Counted from the whole stretch's first letter, positions 35,214 to 48,023 are shown. The stretch: DNA of 63,957 nt, filler included, from Catajapyx aquilonaris (GCA_000934665.2; 4 parts of 4 records of this genome joined end to end with filler, not necessarily neighbours in it), one strand, 5' to 3'. Notes: generated from the letters alone by a model not told the origin. Numbers and translations are program-made.

Positions 35214-36485
35214 TATAAAAATTATACCTGAGGTGCAAGAATCTGCTAAAGATTGGGGCCACAGTCCTGAATAGTGATCTTGATAGCAAGGATGTCTCAC
35301 AGCATTAATATTCTAAACAAGAGAATTGCATGGAAATAGCGGTGAGGATTTTCCCTTTGGAGGTTGTCTGGCCATACAGTCGACTCAAGAAGTCCGTTCA
35401 CAAAAGAAGGCCTGGACAGAAGAGTGTGCCCACATTTTTTATACATAGGATTTTGGGCGTTTGGTGGGGGAAACAATGTCCCAGGACAGGCTATTCTTGC
35501 CCATTGGTGGAGACCTAAAGTGAACAGTGATGAACACAAAGAGAAAAGAGAAGGGGGAGACGTGGTGGGGGGAACGTGGCCACGCCTTTTGTGACCGCAC
35601 TTCTTGAGCGGACTGTAACCTAAGCCTCTTGGGGGGAAGAAAACATTCCCATGATATGACTGGGATGCATATAATTTCAAAAGACCTGTTCAAGGTTAAC
35701 ATGAGTAGCCCCATAACCCAACCTACAAATATTAGGCTCATCTTGTAGTGTATATTCTATGCACCTGTTTGACGCTAAAGGCGGCTGTGTTAACGACTTA
35801 CTGTATCTTTGATGTGGTAGGTGTTGCTACCTAGTCAGCCTTAGTAGCATTCAAAAAAATGTTGCCACATGGTGAACTGTTTGATTAGTAGTATTAGAGG
35901 TACGAAAATTCATGTGATTTTTACACAGTAAAAATGTTGTAAGAATATTCGTGTGGGGAAAATGCCACCTTAGAGACTCCCAACATGCGGAATGCAAGCC
36001 CAAAATGAGATATCACGTATTTGCCCTATCGCATATCTCTCCCTCTCTTCTCTTTCTCTCTCCAGGAATCCCCGAAAAGAGAGAGAGGAGAGAGAGGGAT
36101 GGACTCAAGATGGCGTAAGTTAGAAAAGCAGCCCAGACCCTTGGTCCAAACTGGTGAAGGTCAGCTGTTAGAAGCATTCTTCCATTGAATGACAATATAA
36201 TAGAGTGGACTGACAGCAGCCATTTTGATCCAACTCCCCTACATTGGCAAGTTTCAGTGATCAGCTCCACTCTAAAGACATGCATCATTGTGCCATGTGG
36301 GTTGCCTTTCTTAGTCAGGATAACTTTGAACAGGTCCTTTGTTCTGCAATCACTGGTCCCTCAACGAAACACACTGCATGCTGACATTTAAGGTGATAAA
36401 TCCTGATAGTAGTCAGGGGTGTAAACTGCACTAAATAAAATTGACTAAGTACTGTTTTGATGGCCACTACACTTAGGAAAAGCAA

Positions 36486-37188
36486 AATTGAATAAGTTGT
36501 TTCGAAAAGGACTTAAGTCCAGAGGGCAATACCATATTGATTTACAATTATTTTGCCACAAATACAGTGCCCTTACAGATCAGCAGATAGGCACACGTTA
36601 TCGATATAATCCTCCTGAAGCCGTGTGCATTGGTGACATGATTGTGGCAACCTTTCTATGGCTTCCAGGAACCACTTTTGGAGGACACACTCCCTCACAA
36701 CTGCGCACAGTTCTCCGGGAGTTGTTGCGCCGCACCACCAAAAAGTGGTTTCTGGAGGGTCTGAAGAGGTTGCCGCATTCATGAACCAGTGCATTCTGCT
36801 CCAGGAGGATTCTATCCATAATGTGTGCCGATCTGCTGACCCGTCAAGGCTTGTATTTGTGGCCAAATAAATAAATAGTAAATCAATATGGTACAGGCCT
36901 GAGCCCTCTAGACATAAGTCCTTTACGAAACAACTTATTCAACTGCGGACAGTTCCGGGAGTGGATGAGACGCATCGCGCTGCACCACAAAAATGTGGTT
37001 CATGGAGGGTCTGCAGGCGTTGGCTCACCCATGACTCCTGTGCATTCGTCTCCAGAAGGATTCTGTCAATAATGTGTGCCTATCTGCCGACCTGTAAGGG
37101 CCTTGTCTTTGTGGCAAAAAGACAAATTGTAAATCAATATGGTACGGCCCTCTGGACTTCAGTCCTTTTCGAAACAACTGATTCAATT
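36486..37188. repeat. Fold-back element with one left arm and two tandem right arms
   Basis: AATTGAATAAGTTGTTTCGAAAAGGAC.. (36486) is inverted at ends ~36942 and ~37188. Confidence 0.8.
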
Positions 37189-37558
37189 GTCTGCACTATG
37201 TACGAGTTAAAGTTATTTTGTCAGTTCTACTCAACTAGTTGGACCCGTTGCCAAATTTTGGCAACACTGCTTGACCCACCCCCCACTTGAAAGTAGTACA
37301 TAGATCCCTACCAGTTGGCGCATAGGCTGTCCCAGTGCTGGATCTACGAAATTTCGGACGGGGAGCAAAAGCTTTTGGTGCCGCCCCCACCCGACCACCC
37401 CTGCATTTTGAAAGGTTCACTTCATTTATTTTTTTTGGCATGTATGTTCAGTATGCCTACTTCAGGCAATTTAAAAAACTGTACCAGGGACCCAAAATTT
37501 GATAGTGAGTTGTAAAGTTCTATTTTATGGCGTAATCTTACTGTATGTCAAATGACTC

Positions 37559-37837
37559 TTGGGGGGAGGCGCCCAGCCCGGGGACACCCCCTTCATCTCG
37601 TGCAGAGTTCAGGGTCACCTCTGGCTTCATCTCGGGTGGTATTTCCACAGACTAAACCACCCGGGGGAGTTCACTAAAAATGGCCACGTTTAAGACATTG
37701 CACTGCACCTTGCACATCCCCACCTGTCATCCTGCCCGTGGGCCCAGGCGCTACGTAGAAAGGCTCCAAATGTACTTGACATAATAAATAAAGGTCCGTG
37801 CTGCATACCTCAGATGAGGTCAAGCACTACCCCGGAT
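37559..37837 (+). mobile_element. SINE family C, 5'-truncated, alternative 3' tail
   Basis: Core aligns to 13827-14173; 17-bp TSD TGTATGTCAAATGACTC (37542-58, 37838-54). Confidence 0.85.
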
Positions 37838-38322
37838 TGTATGTCAAATGACTCAAACCAATTAAGCTCTCGATACTGCTGCGATGTCAGACGGCTTATA
37901 CCTTTTCGACACAGCCGAGTATGGGCTTACAACCAAAAAGTTTTCGTTAATATTTTCATGAAATTCTTATTCAAGAAAATAACAGCTGAAATTATCAAGA
38001 AGGAGGCACTTAAAACTAATTTAAGATATCTCCAGGTAGGCTATGTCGGATCGGGAATTTCTTTAAATTATATCACAATTTGGAAGCTGCCTAGATTTCG
38101 ACTTGTCTTGTCACATTTATTATGTTTTCCAATCTTTTTGTAGATGCTTCGTGGAGCACAGTACCGGCGGGAATTACTGTTCTGATGTAATAAGTGAAGC
38201 CCACATTTTTATGCAAGAAATAGGCACAAATAAACCAGGGTTGGCATGATTATAATCTATTGATTATAATCATGATTATAATCAACTGATTAATAACGGA
38301 AAATCTTAATTATAATCACTAA

Positions 38323-39395
38323 TCTTCTCTATATCTATAAATAAGGAAGTTTGTCAGTTTGGATGTTTGTCCCTTATAGAAATCCAGGGAAAGGCCCCTA
38401 CACCGCCTTAAATTAGCATATCGGGGGTTACATTTTCCAAAGAATCTAATCCGCATGTTTCAGCTTCCGAAAATGTACCTAACTCCCACAACACGCATAT
38501 TCCTGCCTCAACAATTCACTTACATCAATAACAATAAATCAATTTGCATTCCCATGGAAATGCCTATATTTTTTTAGCTATTTACCTCCCTGCATCGTAC
38601 CACAGGGAGGGAACCTTTATTTCGTCTTGATGGAACCTTTTTGACGTAGCGCCCGGGCCCACGGGCAGGGTGACTGGGAGGTGATGTGCAAGGTGCAAGT
38701 GCAATTCTCAAACGGTATATTTTGTGAACTCCCCCGGGTGGATTAGTCTGAGGAGATTCCACCCGAAACGAAGCCAGAGACGACCCAACTCTGCACGGGA
38801 TGAAGGAGGGAACCCCGGGCTGGGATCGAACCCGACGTTTCCGCAGCGCCACTTTGTCTCCCCTAGGAAATGCCCTTATGTCACAATACCTAGCAAATTA
38901 AACCATCTCCGTAAATTCAACGCATCCACCAATTACGCTAATTGGCCACCTCACGTGACTTCGTATCTTATGGTAATTCCGGGATTTTGTGGGATTTGAA
39001 AGTAGACTTCTAGACAAAGTGAATACAATTAGCTCTTGATACAATTAAATAATACAGTATTTGCAAAATATTACTCCGTGTTGAAAACAAAATTTCCCAT
39101 CATACATCTGTACGTACATTTCTAAAGTTCTTCAGAGCAAACATATGGAACGAGGTGGGGGTGTGAAGTGGGGTTGGGGGGGGGGGTGTCAAGTGGTCAA
39201 AAATGCAGGGGAAAAAACACATGGCTGTGCAGTCTTTTCCTGGGCCAACTCCATCCACATTCCTCCTTTTACACATTCAATCAGAATATCCGTGTTGACT
39301 GTACGCTATAAGACAAGCAGGTAATCTATCACAGATATGTACCCCTATCTTTACCAGCACCCCAACATACCCGGGCAATCCCGGGTAACCTGCTA

Positions 39396-39396
<1 letters not shown>
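38323..39396 (+). mobile_element. Non-autonomous Helitron
   Basis: A|TCTTCTCTATATCTATAAAT start; 3' hairpin ACCCGGG-CAAT-CCCGGGT then CTAG|T. Confidence 0.8.
38574..38852 (-). mobile_element. SINE family C nested in the Helitron
   Basis: B box GGTTCGATCCC; core GTGCAGAGTTGGG..CGGGGGAGTTCACAAAAT aligns with the other C copies. Confidence 0.8.

Positions 39397-39460
<64 letters not shown>
39397..39460. repeat. (TAA)n microsatellite
   Basis: ~21 perfect units. Confidence 0.95.
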
Positions 39461-39461
<1 letters not shown>

Positions 39462-39608
39462 GAGGTAGTACATCAGGCACTGCTTTCTGCGTAAAACGGT
39501 TGTGTACAATAATACTGTAAGTGTTACAGACTTACAGGTATGTACACAGGTACACTACTGAATAGTGTAGTCGGCTAGTCGCTCCCAAGTAAGCGGAATC
39601 CGTGTTAA

Positions 39609-40115
39609 GGGGGCGCATTAGTAAAAAAATACGGTAACAATCGGTAACAATGCGAGCCCTTGGCGACCACGTAAACAAACTCGCGTATGCATGGACAGAA
39701 TATGGGGATTCGACATGTCTACACTTCTGCGGTCATACGGCCGCAAAAATGAAGCAATGGACACAAAAATTACACCAAAAAATAGGACATGATCTGGTGC
39801 AGGGCACCTTCGTCGTCATTTTACCATTTTCGGCCTAGAAGTGACCTTTTCATTGAGTTGAAGTGAAAGGAAAATGGCGTTCCCTAAAAGCCCATTTGAA
39901 TAACATGGCGGCAGGAACGTGACAAAGTCGGGAATGCTTCTGCGCCCGTATGTCCACAATTTTAATGCAATCATATTGAGTATGGTACCATAGTAAAGGC
40001 CAAACCTTTGTGCAGGGCACCTTCGTCGTGATTTTTCCGATTAACGGTTCGTTTCGCCACAAAATATATAATTCCCTCAAAAATGTGCCTACCATATTTT
40101 TACTAATGCGCCCCC
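39609..40115. mobile_element. TTAA-flanked MITE with GG termini (Kolobok-type)
   Basis: TTAA|GGGGGCGCATTAGTAAAA...TTTTACTAATGCGCCCCC|TTAA. Confidence 0.85.
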
Positions 40116-41213
40116 TTAAACGAGGATTGACTGTATATTGTATAATTCACTTTCCTTGGAATGTAACATGTTTGACAATACGTACTGACATACATTTCTT
40201 GATTTTCTTCAAATAGCAGGTGGGGTTTTTATCAGGAAAATGAAATAAAGTGCTGTACTACAAATAATAACATTCTTATCAAAATAATCCGATTATTTGA
40301 TTATTTTAAAATAATCATTGATTATTGCCAACCCTGAAATAAACCCTTAAATACACGCGAAAAACCTCAAATATAGGCACAAAAATTTACTTAATTGCAA
40401 GTGTATAGAGGATAATGTTACAGAAAGGCAAAAAGCTAGACACAAATTTTATAGGCCTAAAGTTCAAATATAATGTCACAAGTCAGAGTGAAAACCAAAT
40501 AACAAAGATAAACTGACAGATAATCACAAAACGTGGGCAAAATACAAATCAAAGTGCCAGCAAGTAAGGGTCCCGTTTCCACTTGCACAGTATGTCACCA
40601 AATCTTTTTCTAGATTTTCATTGGGGAAACTATGTTGTATTGCTTCTGAAGGATTGTGGTAATTTCAGGAGCACAACAAATTCTCTGCAAAAAATGCCTC
40701 TGAAGGAAATAGGTCCATCATAGGCCCAAAAAGTACAGAAATTGCTTCAAAAGGTTCAAAAACTATCCCAAAAGGTATAGGGCCATGTGGTGGCTATATC
40801 TCCAGCCAAAGTAGTTTCTGGCTACATTGATTTTAAGTTGTGTTGTTGTCATGTATCTGAAGATAATGCAGCCCTCCTACATACACATTGCCAGCATTCC
40901 AAAGTGCACCTTTGTAGCTCTGGCGCAAGCCAGTTTTGGGTGGGGCTGAACCATGGAAGGAAGGACCCCTCTGCTGCCCTGCACAACCCTCTCCCTGTGA
41001 ACTGGCATTCCCGTGACTGATGGAAAGGAAGTTTTGTAGGAAGCCATGTTGGAGTACTTGCATGACCTAATTTTTACAGTGACATCTGCACATATGGTGT
41101 GGGGACTGCCTGCTCCTGGTATTCAGCCTCACTCCATTGCATGAATCATCATCTGCATGGTTTGGGGCTTAAACTACCTCTCTATCCTGTTTTATACTGC
41201 TTTGACTTTGCAG

Positions 41214-41614
41214 CTACAACCATGTCCTGAAAGCCCGAGACCCCTACAAGAGCCGACCCTTGCCTCACTTGATTGGGTCTAAGGAGTTTATGGAGGATGA
41301 CAGAGTTGGCCTGCAGGAGTCCAGCAGTGAGGACGAAGAAGAAGAGGATGAAGAGGAAGAAGAAAAGGACATATTGTGTTCAGACAGCGACAAAGGCCAT
41401 AGCAATGAGGTTGAAAAAGAAAAGGGCTTGTTCCTCTCTGAGAGTGATGAGGAGGACCTGAGTGACTACAGCAGACAAATTAAAGAGAAAGAAAAGGCAG
41501 AGAATGCTGGAAGTGATGAAGATAAGCCAAAGGGGATTCAAGAGGAACTCAATGCCAAGCTTCAGGCTGGAAGACATGTGACTAAGGGAAGCCAGCTGCA
41601 GAGGAGGGCTTCAG
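41214..41614 (+). CDS. WASHC2: WASHC2 (FAM21) exon
   Basis: VLKARDPYKSRPLPHLIGSKEFMEDDRVGL, like [25 protein letters not shown], then an acidic tract; phase matches the previous exon. Confidence 0.92.
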
Positions 41615-42427
41615 GTTAGTTCTTATTTGCCTGCTAAATAAAACTTATTTAGGTGGAGGTGATTAATTTGTAATTAACTATCCCAATCATGTCCGTAGTG
41701 ATTCGAAAAAGAATGTGCGAATTTTAAAACCCTATAACTCGAAAACTTGTAGATATATCTGAATGAGTTAAGCTTTGAAATGATAAGAAATGTCTGAAGT
41801 TTTATTCTTACCATAGTTTGTTTCGATATGAGCTCCATTTGTCATTCCGGCGATTCCAGGTGAACGTGATCACCTTTTTGCGCAAAAAAATTTGCCTGTC
41901 AATGAGTGTGAGATATGTTTAGGTCCAGGTCACGTTAGGACCTTTCCCATGAGGATTTGGTCCGCCCTGTATATTACTTCATCTAAATTGGCCAGTGCTA
42001 ATGGTTTCACAGTGAGGGTTTTTGTTGTTATTGCTTGACAACTCATGCGTTCAGCAATGGAGTTAATTTTTATGCTAATTGAAGGGTTTGGTGCAAAAAC
42101 CTGATAAGGCCACTTTTGGCTGAAAATGAGTTATGGGTGGTTCTGCCATCTTGTGGCCTTTCTGCATATTTTGGTACAAAAATCAGACCTGTCATGTAGT
42201 CCACTGAGGAAATATAGGCCTCCCAAGTGACCAGCATACGATCCAGAGTGGGCACCTGCTGTGTTATCGCCCTCTAGCAGGTGAAATTCCAAGCGGCACT
42301 TCCTAGACTTTTCGCAAATCTCCATTGTTGTCTATGTCATCAATGGCTGGTCGGTCAACATTTCTTCCCCCTACATTTTTGACTTGGTTTGGGCCAAGGA
42401 ATACGGTGACTGCCGCTTGACCTACTA

Positions 42428-43433
42428 CAGGGTGGACGGAAAGTTTCAGACCCCCCCGGGTTTTTTAACCCTACTTTTCATAGAGTCTTTTCAGATCTTT
42501 TAAAAGTCCACAAGCAGTTCTAATGTAGACTATCTTTTGAAGCATAATCTTGAGAACATCCGAGCACCTTCGCTCTCGCAATTCCATTAATAACTTCGCC
42601 TCTGTGACTCATCTAAACATCTTATCTGTTTTGCGTTTATTTTGCTTGCTGCCTTGGAGGACACCTGGTCATATTCTGCGTCAGATAAGGTTTTTATGAC
42701 CCTTTTCCATGAGTTCCCCTTCATGCAAATGTTGTGAACTCACTCCTGACCTTATTTTTCGCATTGGTCCATAACCTGATCCAATAAAAATTTGAAAAGG
42801 AATGCATGAAATGGCGGACCCGGATGCATTACTTTCGAATTGGTACCATCACATTTGTCTCCCTTTTTCCTTTCAAATAATTTTTTGGTGGGAAAGGACA
42901 GTAAACAGTCTTACCTTGGTAAATTAATCAACGTGACACACCCTTTCGTTCACGTCCTTTCGCACCAAAAAATTATTTGAAAGTAAAAATGGAGACAAAT
43001 GTGATGGTACCAATGTGAGAATTCGAAAGTAATGCATCCGGGTCCGCCATTTCATGCATTCCTTTTCACATTTTTATTGGACCAGGTTATGAACCAATGC
43101 GAAAAATAAGGTCAGGAGTGAGTTCGCAACATTTGCATGAAGGGTAACTCATGGAAAAGGGTCATAAATACCTTATCTGACGCAGAATATGACCAGGTGT
43201 CCTCCAAGGCAACAAGCAAAATAAACGCAAAACAGATAGGATGTTTAGATGAGTCACAGAGGTGAAGTTATTAATGGAATTGCGAGAGCGAAGGTGCTCA
43301 GATGTTCTCAAGGTTATGCTTCAAAAGATAGTGTACATTAGAACTGCTTGTGGACTTTTAAAAGATGCGAAAAGACGCTGTGAAAAGTAGGGTTAAAAAA
43401 CCAGGGGGGGTCCGAAACTTTCCGTCCACCCTG
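42428..43433. mobile_element. 1-kb Tc1-type fold-back element (~470-bp arms) in a WASHC2 intron
   Basis: TA|CAGGGTGGACGGAAAGTTTC...GAAACTTTCCGTCCACCCTG|TA; arms ~42428-42899 and ~42953-43433. Confidence 0.92.
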
Positions 43434-44136
43434 TANNNNNNNNNNNNGGGGGGTCTGAAACTTTCCATCCACCCTGTAATATGAAATGCTGTGTATAAAT
43501 GCTATTAGCTCCCTGATTATTATACTCCATTTCATTGGTGCTACTACCTCAGGAGGTTCCATTCTGGAGCTAAAGAAGTGGAAATTTTGATGTGTCTGGA
43601 TGAACTGAGCCATTTTGTATTTTATGTTGAAGAGTATTGTGATTAGTCTGAAGCAGAGTTGGCCAATCTGTTCTAATATTTGATGCTGTTTGGGTCACGA
43701 TTTGCAATTTGGGTTTACTATGGGAAGAATCTCACAACACTCTCTATCACTTTTTCATTATCGTGAACCTCGAATAATATTGAGGAATGAGTGAGAGCAT
43801 TGGCACATTCTACATGCACTACAGCACTAGAACTGATCAATGCAATGGTTCTAAATAATAGTGAGAGACCACCCCAAAGCTGCACTAAGGACTGACCCTT
43901 CTGGACATCCAAAATGCCCTTGTAGTGGCTTGATTCCCTGCTGAAATCCACGTTCTGCATGGTTGCCATGCGTCGTTGGACCAGCTACTGATGATGTCTT
44001 GAGTACTGCTAGAGAGGGAGACCAGGGTGAAGTAGTGAGTGGGCGCCAATTTGCCTTTATGTGCATTTTAAGTGGAAGAAGAACATTTTAACCTCAATAC
44101 CTGCCACTTTTAGGACACTTGGGACCCAAAACTGAC

Positions 44137-44576
44137 CCAAAACAAGTAAAAAATGTAGGGGTGAGAAATGTAGACAGACCAACTGGTGATGAGGTAGACA
44201 ACCAGAGTCATTGGCCTGTCCCTAGACACATGTGGCAACATACACCACACCTCTTTTTAGGGAGATCCCCTGACAGGTGGACCTTCTCATCTTAAAATAG
44301 TTGCCTAGGGAGCAGGATATGAGCACGATAATTATGACTGCGAAAAAGGTGATCTTGCCTAATGCCATCAGTAATTATTATTATCACACTCATCTCCTGC
44401 TCCCTAGGCAACTACTGTAAGGTGAGTGGGCCCATCTGCAAGGTGATGTCCTTGCAAAGAGATGCCATGTGTGTTGCTGCATGTGTCTAGGGATAGGCCA
44501 ATGCTCATTGTTGTCTAACTCTGTAAAGGTTGGTCCTTTGAGATTTCTCCCACATACATTTTAGACTTGCTTTGGA
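44137..44576. repeat. Older degenerate fold-back element
   Basis: CATTGGCCTGTCCCTAGACACATG..AGTTGCCTAGGGAGCAGGA mirrored at ~44395-44503; outer arm recurs at ~42324-42426. Confidence 0.75.
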
Positions 44577-45399
44577 CCAAGGAATACACTGTAGGTTGAC
44601 CTACTACTGAAGTAAGAAACTACCTGCATAATGGTCAGTAGTAAAGATGCAGGTTTTGCAAAAATTACTTAAATTTCTCGTGACCTTGGGGGGGGGGGGA
44701 ACATTTTTTCAGATAAGTGTAACACTAATACTCATACATACATGTCAATTACAATGGCAAATATGGATTCCATGCACCTTACTCATAAGACATCGAGCTT
44801 GTATCCACTGTACACTGCTTTGCCATGCAAATCTTCTTGCCGGGTGGATCGGAAAGTATAGGCCACTGCTTCTCAAACTTTTTTTGACCATGGCCCCCTT
44901 GGTCAAGTGACTAATCTTCCACTGTACCGCACACTATCACACAAATATTACTCAATTCAGCAGCATTACCATCTACTAAGATTACAATAAGAGTTACTAC
45001 ACTAGCAATAATATAATTTTTCAAAATTAAAAGATACCATATTACCTCACCTAAAGCGGCATGCTGATGTAGTCAGCCTAAACAGCTTACCTAAACGGGA
45101 AGTTTTAGAGCGCTTGCAGATGAAAAGAAGCATCGTACATTAGCACATGAGACATGACTGATTGTTATGAACAAAACATGTGTGTGCCAAGAGAACATCT
45201 CATTAATGACAAGTTTGCACATTGCAGACATGAATCATTTGCACTACTAGTCGAGTTGGAAGGCATTTGTAACACGTCAGGGCTATTGTCCCAGTAGCCA
45301 GCTTTGTACTTGTGTAAAGAATACTCACTGTAATTGGTAATCTGAATAATAAAAATAAATCATAATTATTATATGGGGGTTGCGCGTGTTTTTTAAATT

Positions 45400-45829
45400 T
45401 ATACACCATTGAGGGAACAGCCCCCTTTTAGGGGGGTGGATTACTACAATTTTTCTTACGAAATTTCTGTGCATTTTTTTCCTCTCCGGTGCAGGGGTCA
45501 GGATAGGGATTTGTGAGGGGGGGATACGGGTGCAAGTGCGATGTCTCAAATTGGGGGTCGTGTGCAGTCCCCCAGGGGACCAAGCTACAAGACACCCCCC
45601 TAGGTGCGGGTCAGAAACCCGACACCGCATCTCCTCATGGATGGGACAAGGATAGAAAAGGAAGGAATCGGCTGTGGCCTATAATTTAGAAAGAAACCCC
45701 GGAATTCTCCTGGGTGGACCGTGGGAAACCACAGAAAAGCACGGTTAGGATTGCCGGCCCCGGGGCTCGAACCCAGGACCTCCCGATTAGCAGTCGGATG
45801 CCTTATCCACTCCACCAAACTGCTTCAGT
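45400..45829 (-). mobile_element. SINE family B, long variant
   Basis: Head and core align to the 14651 copy; extra ~170-bp body before the shared tail. Confidence 0.82.
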
Positions 45830-45869
45830 GTATTTTTTTATTTAAAATCAGTAACACATACAGAGATGA

Positions 45870-46273
45870 CCTAAGAAGGCTCGAGCCTGATGCGCTTGGA
45901 GCTGTTGGACTCTGCATGCTGGACACTCCGCGATGGACAACAATGGAGCTTGCTTTCGAGTATGGGACAAGTCGGAGCAATATGACCAGAGCCATGTGTC
46001 ATCCATTGCCACAAACCGTTTGAAAAAACCACCGCCCTAAATGTGATCGAGTTCCAAGCGAAGGCCAAATGGTGCCTCTTTTGCACCTCAGAGAGATGGT
46101 GAGGAACCAGTGAGGATGCTAACTTCCTGAGACCTTTCAGTCTTTCAGAGTCGTAAGCATAGTGCTCTGACTTGTCCCACACTCTTGAGCAAGCTCCTGT
46201 GTTGTCCATCTCTGAGTATCCGTCATGCAGCGTCCAACAGCTCCAAGCGCGTCAGGCTCTGGACCGTCTTAGG
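45870..46273. mobile_element. Third mariner-derived fold-back (HTH2 in the arms, WVPHEL-like linker in the loop)
   Basis: Arms 45870-45984 and 46158-46273; plus strand LDTPRWTTMELAFEYGTSRS; minus-strand loop GLRKLASSLVPHHLSEVQKRHHL. Confidence 0.75.
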
Positions 46274-46793
46274 GCGATGGTGCTGGGGAGGATCACGATC
46301 CCCGTTTGTTTCCCTGCCTCCCCCCGCTTCATCTATATGCCAGATCAAATTGTAATTGCTGGAGCTTCAAAACCCAGCAAAGGTCATCCCCTGCATGTGT
46401 TACCATTTTTGAATTAAAAAAGAGAACAACATGAATTTTTTTTTCAAGCCGAAATTCCCATTGAATATTTTTTGTGACAATTCATTGATAAAAAATAGTG
46501 TCAAATGTAAATTTAATTAATGGATTTGTGAGGCTTACATAAAGTTGCAGACAGAAAGTGAATTTGGCATGATAGCATACACGTAGATCTTTCTATTCAT
46601 GACATCACAGTTGAGAAGTCTTCTCCAAATTTCTGGTAGGAGATGTGAATTTCTCCTGCTGTGCAAACCATTGTCCATGCAGAAACCAGAGGGTTGAAGG
46701 GAAATTTAGGAGGTGTCATGCTGTAGTTTTTCCCTATTATGTATGTGAAAGCATGTGATACTTATATCACCTAATTGTATCTCTATTGTACAG

Positions 46794-46952
46794 ATGATTT
46801 GTTTGGGGAAGAAGATGTCCATGCTCCCTTCTCTGCTTCTGCTGGAATGTTCTCTGCTTCCAAGGGCCTCTTTGGTGATAATGATGAAAGTGGAGGCCTT
46901 TTTGATGATGCTGACATTTCAACCAAGGCCAACACTTTTTCTGCAAAGAAAG
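46794..46952 (+). CDS. WASHC2: WASHC2 (FAM21) exon with LFa retromer-binding motifs; gene truncated by contig end
   Basis: DDLFGEED, GLFGDNDE, GGLFDDAD; CAG/GTAC; phase 1 matches. Confidence 0.85.
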
Positions 46953-47240
46953 GTACCTCAATTAGATGGGATTGTTTTGAACATTTGGAGTAGAAAAACA
47001 AAACAAAACCATAACCGACTTGCATATTGTTATTGAAAGGTAAGGAGTGAGAGTCAGTTAAGGCCTCCACCTGTGGATGCACCAGTTTGGCTCACAACAG
47101 AAACATGAAGGAACGCGAAACATACCCTCCAAATGATTGATTTGGTAGTTTTCTACTAGGCACCAGATGCCATGAGTGTGCGGTTTTGTTAGGTTGTTGT
47201 TAGGTGGTTAACAAATTGAAGGTATAAAATGGGAAAAACT

Positions 47241-47386
47241 TTTTTTTTTTTTTTTTACGTTACCCCGTGCTAGGGCCATGGGCCCTTTTAGGAGGGTGGG
47301 ATACCACCATTTGCTTCAATTTTCTATTTTTTCTTCTTCACTCCAGTGCAAGGATGAAAGGACATGGGGAAGGGATAGGGAATTTT
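47241..47386 (-). mobile_element. 5'-truncated retroposon carrying the shared SINE tail
   Basis: Poly(A) tail, CCTAGCACGGGGTAA end, 11-bp TSD TGGGAAAAACT (47230-40, 47387-97). Confidence 0.75.
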
Positions 47387-47923
47387 TGGGAAAAACTATT
47401 TTATTGGGATTGGAAGTATACATGCTCTCTGCCTGAATTTTTTGAATTAGTGCAAGGGCACCATTTTAAATTAATTCAAATTAAATATATTTTAATGCTA
47501 AGATGGCATTTTGAGAAAACTCAACTTGAAGTTTGAAAATGATGTACGTAAGCAGTAGACAAAATGAAGATTTTAGTTAGATTAATTTTTTGCATTATGG
47601 TAAAAATTGATAAATAATCAATCTATTAACCCCTTCTCTACCAGCTAGGCCGAAAACACCTAGATTTTAGCTCACGCCTACTCTGAAGATAAAGCCAAGA
47701 TATTTTACAAATAATAACAGCTATATTTACCCATTCATGGAAACACTATTAATGTGTTGGGAACAATTTTACTCCTCTAGAAGTCCCTAAATTAATTTCC
47801 AAAAAGACCACCTTAAAAACTCGAAATTAAGGGCGCACGGTCACGACGATTTTTCCCACTCGCGGAGGCCAAGTTGGGCCGAGGGACGGGTGCAGCGTTG
47901 TGTTCGCACCGCCGGTGTGGCCG

Positions 47924-48023
47924 NNNNNNNNNNNNNNNNNNNNNNNNNNNNNNNNNNNNNNNNNNNNTTAATTAATTAANNNNNNNNNNNNNNNNNNNNN
48001 NNNNNNNNNNNNNNNNNNNNNNN
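47924..48023. other. Artificial contig-joining spacer
   Basis: N44-TTAATTAATTAA-N44. Confidence 0.95.

Larger units (their letters stand above)
38236..40336. mobile_element. hAT-type element (outer layer of a nested stack)
   Basis: TIR CAGGGTTGGCA; perfect 8-bp TSD AAATAAAC; GATTAT subterminal repeats at both ends. Confidence 0.85.

Noticed and set aside
39277..39480. Poly-leucine ORF
   Set aside because: Translation of the (TAA)n microsatellite
43448..43478. Extra copy of the Tc1 TIR after a 12-N gap
   Set aside because: Most likely an unmerged contig or haplotype overlap at a poly-G run
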